Part shown: piece by piece, positions 57,199 through 64,000 of the stretch
How positions within the stretch are numbered: position 1 is the first letter of the stretch
How the letters are laid out: each line of letters begins with the position of its first letter
NCBI GenBank assembly: GCA_965224025.1
Contig: OZ245033.1
Location: 3,264,001-3,328,000, forward strand
Reading direction: 5' to 3'
Origin: Candidatus Multivorans sp.
GTDB lineage: Bacteria > Acidobacteriota > Thermoanaerobaculia > Multivoradales > Multivoraceae
DNA: 64,000 nucleotides
Made by a program: the position numbers and the translations under genes
Notes under the pieces: model-generated
Database searches by the model: none
Seen by the model: the letters and a program-made list of their open reading frames with translations, nothing else
Told to the model about the DNA's origin: nothing

Positions 57199-59438
57199 GC
57201 GCGCCAGAGCAGCTTCCCGACCCCATCGCCTCGCCCCCTGGGAACGCGGGCGTCTCGCCCGCATCCGCTGGCCCCGCGGAATCGGGTGCCGCTCCTGCGG
57301 GGCTGGAGCGCGTTCGTCGCGCCCTGATCGGCGGGCTGGGGGTCGCGCTGTGCTTCTTCGTCCTGTTCGAGGTCAACTACGGCATCCTGCTGCCGCAGTC
57401 GTCGCTGGCGGTGTTCGTCGGTCTCGGGCTGCTGCTTACCTTCCTTGCCTTTCCGGTACACCGGAAGCTCGCTTCGAACCCCTGGCTTCGAGGGCTGGAC
57501 GTCCTTCTCGGTCTGGCGGCCGCCGCGGCGTGCGCCTACGTCGTGGTGCAGACGGAGCCTGCGTTCGAGCATCTGTGGTCGGGCGGTCGATCCCTCGGCA
57601 ACCGGGCGGGAATCGAGACCGGAGCGGACATCGTCCTCGGCCTGATCGGCCTCCTGCTGGTGCTCGAGGCGGCACGCCGCAGCATCGGCTGGATCGTGCC
57701 GGCGCTGTCGCTGGCCTTCATCGCGCACACGCTGTACTGCTACTACAGCTTCCAGGCCGGCTGGCCCCTGCTGCCGGACTGGCTGTACCCCCATGCCGGC
57801 CAGCACCCGCGGGACGTCGTCGGCACGACCTTTCTGCAGAGCCTGGGAGTCTTCGGTCCTGCCGCTTCGGTCATGTTCCGCTACGTCTTCCTGTTCGTCG
57901 TCTTCGGGGCTTTCCTCGAGATGTCGGGAGCGACCCAGTTCATCATGCGGTTCGCGGAACGGGCATTCGGGACGAAACCCGGCGGGCCGGCGAAGGTGGC
58001 GGTCCTCAGCAGCGGCCTGCTGGGCTCCCTCTCCGGCAGCGCGGTCGCGAACGCCGTGACCACCGGGGCCTTCACGATCCCGATGATGCGCAGCAACGGC
58101 TTCAAGCGCCACGTGGCGGCCGCGGTGGAGGCCGCCGCCGCTTCCGGAGGCGCTCTGGTACCGCCGGTCATGGGCGCCGGCGCCTACATGATGCTCGAGA
58201 TCGTCGAGCCCCAGGTCACCTTCCTGCAGATCGTGCAGGCGGCGCTGTTGCCCGCCGTTCTCTTCTACCTGTCCATCTTCCTGATCGTCCACTTCTACTC
58301 GAGGCGGATCGGGACGCCTGAGCGCGAGGGCGAACCGCCTCCGGTTCGGCGGTTCGACGCCCTGGTCTTCGTCTCCGCGCTGGGCGCGCTGATTCTTCTC
58401 CTGCTGCTGCGGTTCTCACCCTTCCGCGCGGTGACGGGCGCCTTGATCGTGATCCTGATCCTGGCCGTGATGCGGAGGGAGATCGAGCTGCCCCAAAGGC
58501 TCCGGTACCTGGCGCTCGGCTGCTTCGGAGCGGTGGCTCTTCTTCACCAGTTGCTCTGGGCCGATACGCCGGCCGGACCGTCCTTCCGGCAGGTCTTCGA
58601 ATCCTGGCTGTCGTCGGGCATCGTGGCGATGCTGGGCTTGCTCGTTTTCGGACTGATCCACCACGCCTGGCGCCCACACATCCTGGGCGCGCTGACCCGA
58701 GCCGCCCGCAACGGGATTCCCTTGGTCGCGGCGAGCGCATGTGTCGGGACGATCATCGGCATCGTCCAGCAGACGGGAATCGCGACCGACTTCAGCGCTT
58801 CGATCAAGGCGGTCGTCGCCACGAACCTCTTCCTGGCCCTGCTCGGGATCATGGTCACCTCGCTCGTTCTCGGCATGGGCGTGCCCTCGGTCGTCTGCTA
58901 TCTGTTGATGGCGACCCTGATGGGCTCCCTGCTCTCGGAGTTGGGCGTCATCCCGCTGGCCGCCCATCTCTTCATCTTCTACTTCGGCATGATGTCCATG
59001 GTCACGCCGCCGGTGGCGCTTGCCGCCTACGCGAGTTCCAGCCTGGCTCAGGCCCCGGTCATGCCCACGGCGCTGGCGGCTTTCCGCTTCGCCCTGGTCG
59101 GGTTCACGCTGCCCTTCATGTTCGTGTACCGGCCGTCCCTGCTGCTGATGGACGAGAACGGGGGGAGCCTCTTCGCCGCCGGGGCCGCCGGTCTGCCGCC
59201 CCTCGTGCTCGCGCTGGGGGCGGCGGTCGTCGGCATCTTCGCGCTTGCCGCCGGCATCGGCGGCTACCTGCGCGCTGAACTCAGCATGCCGCTGCGAGTC
59301 CTGATGCTGGTTGCGGCGGCCCTGCTTCTGGTTCCCGACCTGGGCGGCCCGACCCTGGGAGTCGCGGTGAACGGCCTCGGCGCCGTGATGTTCGCAGCGC
59401 TGGCGGTGTTGAACCGCCCGGCGATGGTTCGGGCCTAA
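57195..59438 (+). CDS. TRAP fused permease (4TM/12TM)
   Basis: GGPAKVAV, SGSAVAN, PPVMGAGA, TPPVALAAY. Confidence 0.93.
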   Translation: MSAPEQLPDPIASPPGNAGVSPASAGPAESGAAPAGLERVRRALIGGLGVALCFFVLFEVNYGILLPQSSLAVFVGLGLLLTFLAFPVHRKLASNPWLRGLDVLLGLAAAAACAYVVVQTEPAFEHLWSGGRSLGNRAGIETGADIVLGLIGLLLVLEAARRSIGWIVPALSLAFIAHTLYCYYSFQAGWPLLPDWLYPHAGQHPRDVVGTTFLQSLGVFGPAASVMFRYVFLFVVFGAFLEMSGATQFIMRFAERAFGTKPGGPAKVAVLSSGLLGSLSGSAVANAVTTGAFTIPMMRSNGFKRHVAAAVEAAAASGGALVPPVMGAGAYMMLEIVEPQVTFLQIVQAALLPAVLFYLSIFLIVHFYSRRIGTPEREGEPPPVRRFDALVFVSALGALILLLLLRFSPFRAVTGALIVILILAVMRREIELPQRLRYLALGCFGAVALLHQLLWADTPAGPSFRQVFESWLSSGIVAMLGLLVFGLIHHAWRPHILGALTRAARNGIPLVAASACVGTIIGIVQQTGIATDFSASIKAVVATNLFLALLGIMVTSLVLGMGVPSVVCYLLMATLMGSLLSELGVIPLAAHLFIFYFGMMSMVTPPVALAAYASSSLAQAPVMPTALAAFRFALVGFTLPFMFVYRPSLLLMDENGGSLFAAGAAGLPPLVLALGAAVVGIFALAAGIGGYLRAELSMPLRVLMLVAAALLLVPDLGGPTLGVAVNGLGAVMFAALAVLNRPAMVRA

Positions 59439-59492
59439 CCGGACCAGTAGGTCGCATATACTGGGAAAGGCTGGCCGTCCGGTCGGGAGGGC

Positions 59493-59930
59493 CTACTGCA
59501 GGTGGGCTACTTCGATGTCGCCCCAGTGTTCATGCAGGTACTCCGCGACCAGGCGGCGGTGGCAGTGGTGAGGTTCGTGCTCGCTGCACAGGAGACAGCC
59601 GTCCGAGATGATCTCTCTCGTCACGGTTTCTTCGATGCGGCGCTCGCGCATCAGCTTACGGAAGCGGATCTCGTAGGTCTCCCAGTCGCCGCGACGCTTC
59701 TTGTAGTCGTCGAGGATGTCCTTCGTGGGGGCGAGTTCCGGGACGTGGATGTACTCCATGCCGCAGATCTCGCGCAGGAAGTAGGCAAGGTCGTCTCGCT
59801 TGGCGAAACCGGCGAGCTGGGACACGTTGTGGAGCCGCACGTCGACGACCCTCTTGGCGCCGGAGGTGCGCAAGAGGCTGAAGAAGCGGGATGCCGGCTT
59901 CTTCGTGAAGCCGATTGTGCAGAGTCTCAT
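59493..59930 (-). CDS. DUF488 family protein
   Basis: TIGFT, VDVR, LLCSE..HCHRRLVAE. Confidence 0.88.
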   Translation of the reverse strand: MRLCTIGFTKKPASRFFSLLRTSGAKRVVDVRLHNVSQLAGFAKRDDLAYFLREICGMEYIHVPELAPTKDILDDYKKRRGDWETYEIRFRKLMRERRIEETVTREIISDGCLLCSEHEPHHCHRRLVAEYLHEHWGDIEVAHLQ

Positions 59931-60033
59931 CAGCGTCTCGATTCGTGTTCAGTAGGCTGATCGGAGGATGCGCTTCACATGCGGCATCGGTCGATTATGC
60001 GTCGAGACCCGCCCGAACCAAGAAAGGGTGGCC

Positions 60034-60093
60034 TCACGTCCTTAGGGCATTGACCACGGAAAGGCCCACGCCTGGTAACCTGCTCGACGTCAC
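60034..60093 (-). pseudogene. Micro-relic of the GyrB/ParE ATP-lid motif
   Basis: VTSSRLPGVGLSVVNALRT versus consensus SGGLHGVGVSVVNALS. Confidence 0.45.
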
Positions 60094-60128
60094 TTAGTCC
60101 ACGGCGGGGCTGTGGAGCGCCGGTTCAG

Positions 60129-61436
60129 CTAAGTCGGCTCGAACCTGAACCGGTTCGCCTTCAGTTCGTAGCGGGGCAGGGCGCCGGGCGCGGCGGTGCG
60201 CACCGGCACCCGCAGGCTGAGACGCTCCTCGAACAGTTCCTGGAGCCGGATACGGACAGCGCCTGTGTCGCGTCCCGGCTCGGGTTCGACTTCCAGCTCG
60301 ACTTCGGCCATCTGCCGGTGCCGCCGCACCGTGGCGCGGTACTCGACGATGCCGCCGGCTTCCCGGATCAACGCGTCAACCGCGTTCGGGTAGACGTTGA
60401 CGCCGCGGACGATGAACATGTCGTCGGTGCGTGCGAGGACGCCGCCGGGAAGAAACACGGTAGGCCGGCCGCAGGGGCACCCGGCGGCGCAGAGCCGGGC
60501 CACGTCGCCCGTGCGGTAGCGGACGGCGGGGCTGCCGATCCGGCCCAGGTTGGTCAGTACGAGTTCGCCGAGGACTGGGTCCTCATGCGCGTGCGATTCG
60601 GGATCGAGCGGCTCGATCAGTTCGCCGGTGGACCGGTCGAGCCACTCGACGACGAACTCCTCCTCGTGGATGTGAAGGTGTTCGGCGACGCCGCAGGGAA
60701 TGCCCCAGGCGCCGACCTCCGTGGCGCCGGCGTGGTCGAAGACCTGGGCGCCGAATCCCTCGGCGAGTTGGCGTTTGACTGCCGGGACGCCCGCGCCCGG
60801 TTCGCCGGCGTGGACCGTTCGCTGGACGGTGCCGCCGGCGATGTCGACGTCGAGGCCGGACGCGACCTCCAGCAGGCGCAGGGCGTAGGTCGGTGTCGAC
60901 AGCAGCACCGTGGCCTCGTCCTCGACGATCATCTGCAACCGCTGCTCGGTGCTGAGGTGGCCTCCCGGCATGACCAGGCAGCCAAGCTGCTGTGCGGCTT
61001 CAAACGCGGTCCAGAAGCCGATGAAGGGACCGAAGCCGAAGGCGGTGAAGACCCGGTCGGCGGGCGTGACGCCGGCGCCGTCGTAGACCGCGAGCCAGCA
61101 GTCGAGGAACCACTGCCAGCTCGCCGGCGTGTCGAGCCAGCGGAGCGGTTGGCCGGTCGTGCCCGAAGTCCGGTGGACGCGGACGTAGCGATCGAGCGGG
61201 AAAGTGAGGTTGGTGCCCCAGGGCGAGCTGGTGTCCTGGTCGGCGGCGAGTTCGTCCTTGGTGGTGAACGGCAGCTCCGTCAAATCGTCCAGTGTGGGCG
61301 GGCGGTCGAATCCGACGCTCCGCCACTTCGCCCGGTAGAAGGGGTTGTGGACGTGGACCTGCTCCGCCATGCGGCCGAAGCGGTCCGCCTGTCGCGCCCG
61401 GAGCCGCTGGCGTCGCCGCGCCAGCCGGTCGGTCAA
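60129..61436 (-). CDS. Phenylacetate-CoA ligase-like (PaaK family) adenylate-forming enzyme
   Basis: TSGTTG, LPFTTK, AGEPG, GATE, RYRTGD, RTDDMFIVRGVNVYP. Confidence 0.9.
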   Translation of the reverse strand: MTDRLARRRQRLRARQADRFGRMAEQVHVHNPFYRAKWRSVGFDRPPTLDDLTELPFTTKDELAADQDTSSPWGTNLTFPLDRYVRVHRTSGTTGQPLRWLDTPASWQWFLDCWLAVYDGAGVTPADRVFTAFGFGPFIGFWTAFEAAQQLGCLVMPGGHLSTEQRLQMIVEDEATVLLSTPTYALRLLEVASGLDVDIAGGTVQRTVHAGEPGAGVPAVKRQLAEGFGAQVFDHAGATEVGAWGIPCGVAEHLHIHEEEFVVEWLDRSTGELIEPLDPESHAHEDPVLGELVLTNLGRIGSPAVRYRTGDVARLCAAGCPCGRPTVFLPGGVLARTDDMFIVRGVNVYPNAVDALIREAGGIVEYRATVRRHRQMAEVELEVEPEPGRDTGAVRIRLQELFEERLSLRVPVRTAAPGALPRYELKANRFRFEPT

Positions 61437-62260
61437 TTCCGTTCTTCCTCGGTCACACCCTGCGAAGGCTCGAGGGCAGGCGCCGGCGACGCCGGCAGAC
61501 TGTCGAACTCGTCGCGGAAACGGACCTCGATCCGGTACCCGTCCACGTCCTCGCCGAACTGCGAGAGCAGGAACGTGCGCACGAAATCGGCCGTCTTGCG
61601 GCGTCCCAGTTCGCGCACCAGAGCGATGTTCTCGCCGGCGCGGGCGGCCAACTGGTCCGTGATGCGAAGACGAAGCTGTTCCAGCACCGCGTCCTCATCT
61701 CGAAGGACCGAATCCGCCTGCACCCGGTACTCGATGGCCGAGGCGTCCACCGCCGGCCGGTTCGTACGCACCCCGGGCGCCAGCACATGGACCGTCGTTC
61801 CCTCGAGGGTCAGCGACCACTCGTCCTCGAGGTCGAGGTAGTAGGTGTAGCGGACCGGAACCCGCGCCTCGACCATCACGTCCGGGAGCCTCAACCGTCC
61901 CCATAGCAGGCTGGCCGAGTCCGTGCGCTGCAGCACCTCGGTCTGGTCGAGAGTCGCGAACTGGAGGAAGGCGCTGCCGGAGATCTCGGTCGCGTAGCTC
62001 AGGAACGAGGTCTGGACGGTGCCGGTGCTGAAGGCCTGCGCGATCCGCTCCACGCCCGCGATCGCATCCCGAGCGAGTTCACGGCCGTCCTCCACCAGGT
62101 CACTGGGCACCTGGGTCAATCGGATGATGACGAAGCCGATCACGATCACCACGACCAACCCCAGGGTCAGCGTCACGAACGCGAGCGGCCACAGAACCTG
62201 GCTGCGGGAGCGTCCTGAACCGGGTCTACGCTCGCGTGGCTCCTGGACCCCTTCACTCAT
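61433..62260 (-). CDS. Membrane-anchored hypothetical protein (DUF4230-like)
   Basis: Single N-terminal TM helix, YTYYLDL; stop overlaps the start of the paaK-like gene. Confidence 0.65.
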   Translation of the reverse strand: MSEGVQEPRERRPGSGRSRSQVLWPLAFVTLTLGLVVVIVIGFVIIRLTQVPSDLVEDGRELARDAIAGVERIAQAFSTGTVQTSFLSYATEISGSAFLQFATLDQTEVLQRTDSASLLWGRLRLPDVMVEARVPVRYTYYLDLEDEWSLTLEGTTVHVLAPGVRTNRPAVDASAIEYRVQADSVLRDEDAVLEQLRLRITDQLAARAGENIALVRELGRRKTADFVRTFLLSQFGEDVDGYRIEVRFRDEFDSLPASPAPALEPSQGVTEEERN

Positions 62261-62454
62261 AGCCGCAGTCTATGTCCGACCTGCCAGGAGCTTGCACCGC
62301 AGAAACGCAACGGAGTAAGTTTCGCGGCGCAAACTCATGGCGAGGTGGGGGCTGGGGCCAAACACGGAGCTCGCGCCGGGTTTGGCGGCTCTAGCCTCGC
62401 GCGCGTTTTCCTCCAGGAATTGACAGAGACACTCAGGAGATTGGAGACCGGACC

Positions 62455-63495
62455 ATGGAACTAGGACTGCTCGCCGGCGCCTTCGGCAGCCAGATGAATA
62501 TCCCGATCGACCGCATCCGTCAGGCGGAGAGCGCCGGTTTCACGTCCGTCTGGACGGCCGAGGCCTACGGCTCCGACGCGGTCTCGACAGCGACGTGGAT
62601 TCTTGCCCAGACCGAGAAGATCAAGGTCGGCACGGCGATCATGCAGATGCCCGCGCGCAGCCCCGCGATGACCGCGATGACCGCCATGACCCTGAATCAG
62701 CTCTCCGGCGGCCGGTTCCTCGTCGGTCTCGGTCCGTCCGGCCCTCAGGTGATCGAGGGTTGGCACGGCGTCGCCTACGGCCGTCCGCTGACGCGCACGA
62801 AGGAGTACATCGAGATCATGCGCAAGGTCTTCGCCCGGGAGGATCCAGTCACTCACGAGGGCTACCACTACCAGTTGCCCTACCGTGGCGACGACGCGAC
62901 GGGCCTCGGCAAACCGCTCAAGAGCATCCTGGCCGCGGATACCTCGATCCCGATCTACACTGCCTCGATCAGCCCGAACGGGCTCGAGTGCAGCGCCGAG
63001 GTCGCGGACGGCGTGTTCCCGATCTGGATGAACCCGGAGCGCTTCGACCTGATCGAGGGCGCCCTCGACCGCGGCTTCGCTGCGGCCGGCAACGGCAAGA
63101 GCCTCGACGATTTCAAGGTCATGCCCTTCGTCACCGTCGTCATGGGCGACGATGTCGAGCAGTGCCGCACCCCGGTCAAGATGAGCATGGCCCTCTACAT
63201 CGGCGGCATGGGCGCGCGCGACAAGAACTTCTACAACGACTACGCGAAGCGCCTCGGCTACCCGGACGAGGCCCGGGCGATCCAGGACAACTTCCTCGGC
63301 GGCAAGCGGAGCGAGGCGATCGGCGCGGTGCCGGACGCCCTGGTCGACGATGTCGCCCTGGTCGGCCCGAAGGAGCGGATCGCCGACCGTCTGGCGGCCT
63401 GGAAGGAAGCCGCGGGCAACGGTCACGTCGCGTCTATGTTGTTGGGCTGCCAGCAGCCGGAGGCGCTCGACGCGATCGCGGAGGCGGTGCTGTAG
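62455..63495 (+). CDS. LLM-class (F420-dependent-type) oxidoreductase
   Basis: WTAEAYGSDA, LSGGRFLVGLGPSGPQVIEGWHG, LYIGGMGA. Confidence 0.92.
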   Translation: MELGLLAGAFGSQMNIPIDRIRQAESAGFTSVWTAEAYGSDAVSTATWILAQTEKIKVGTAIMQMPARSPAMTAMTAMTLNQLSGGRFLVGLGPSGPQVIEGWHGVAYGRPLTRTKEYIEIMRKVFAREDPVTHEGYHYQLPYRGDDATGLGKPLKSILAADTSIPIYTASISPNGLECSAEVADGVFPIWMNPERFDLIEGALDRGFAAAGNGKSLDDFKVMPFVTVVMGDDVEQCRTPVKMSMALYIGGMGARDKNFYNDYAKRLGYPDEARAIQDNFLGGKRSEAIGAVPDALVDDVALVGPKERIADRLAAWKEAAGNGHVASMLLGCQQPEALDAIAEAVL

Positions 63496-63499
63496 CGGC

Positions 63500-63895
63500 C
63501 TAGACTGTGACGGCCAGCGGGTGTCCGGTAAGCTGGCGATCAGCAGTCAGGAGCCGCAGGCCTTCTGCTTGGGCATGCACGAGGAGCAGCTCGTCGAACG
63601 GATCCCGGTGCGGGATCGGAGTCTCCAGTTCGCGCGCGGCGTGGCGGGGCTCAACTGAGAGGAAGGTCACGTCTTGCTCTTGGAGGATCGCGAGCATATC
63701 ATTCGGGTCGTACGGGTTCTTGCGTTCACATGAAGGGTGGAAAGCGTGGTACTTCAGATGCATCTCCCATATTGAGACTGCGCTGACGAAGAACTCCGCG
63801 TCATGCTCGGCTGCGAAACCGCGTATGGATCCCGAGAACTCGCCGTAGGCCGCCATCAGGTCGTACAGGAACGACGTGTCGAGCAGGACACGCAC
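63500..63895 (-). CDS. vapC: PIN-domain (VapC) toxin
   Basis: LLDT, VSAVSIWE, HRDPFD, LLTAD. Confidence 0.9.
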   Translation of the reverse strand: MRVLLDTSFLYDLMAAYGEFSGSIRGFAAEHDAEFFVSAVSIWEMHLKYHAFHPSCERKNPYDPNDMLAILQEQDVTFLSVEPRHAARELETPIPHRDPFDELLLVHAQAEGLRLLTADRQLTGHPLAVTV

Positions 63896-63916
63896 TTTCG
63901 AGTCGACTCTGGGAAC

Positions 63917-64000
63917 TCAGTCGTCTTCCAGGCCGAGGACGCGACGGCTCAGCGCCGCGTCGTGGAACGCTTCGCGCATGGCCCTGGCCTCTTCCGGGGG
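63917..64000 (-). CDS. C-terminus of probable cognate antitoxin (truncated by window edge)
   Basis: Open frame PPEEARAMREAFHDAALSRRVLGLEDD* ending 21 bp before vapC. Confidence 0.5.
   Translation of the reverse strand, partial: PPEEARAMREAFHDAALSRRVLGLEDD

Overview
GC-rich bacterial chromosomal window. Gene content (Na+-NQR, several Na+-coupled transporters, Uma2, DUF1640 and PIN genes) tentatively suggests a marine or host-associated Acidobacteriota-like organism; this is inference only. Mostly housekeeping: rimP-nusA-infB-rbfA-nrnA-truB-rpsO-pnp; degP-NtrC-like regulator-B12-binding subunit-valS-birA; nqrABCDEF-apbE-nqrM; nfuA, enoyl-CoA hydratase, M16 peptidase, TAXI-TRAP, PaaK-like ligase and an LLM oxidoreductase. 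Highlights: (1) a two-gene candidate defence/conflict system at 42173-49348, a 2014-aa protein with tandem active and degenerate STAND-type NTPase modules plus a 368-aa partner with a degenerate P-loop-like N-terminus and a C-terminal HEPN-like RxxxxH motif, beside Uma2 nuclease genes; (2) an IS110 element (about 7400-9051) whose 5' non-coding region folds into a nested stem-loop carrying exact copies of both junction sequences (bridge-RNA-like) and which appears to have inserted between the -35 and -10 boxes of the speB promoter; (3) a 2-phosphoglycerate kinase/ApgM mutase fusion; (4) a membrane pseudokinase; (5) intergenic gene shards (thrC, MobA relaxase, gyrB/parE, Uma2); (6) a recurring leaderless promoter layout. 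No rRNA, tRNA or CRISPR array was recognised.
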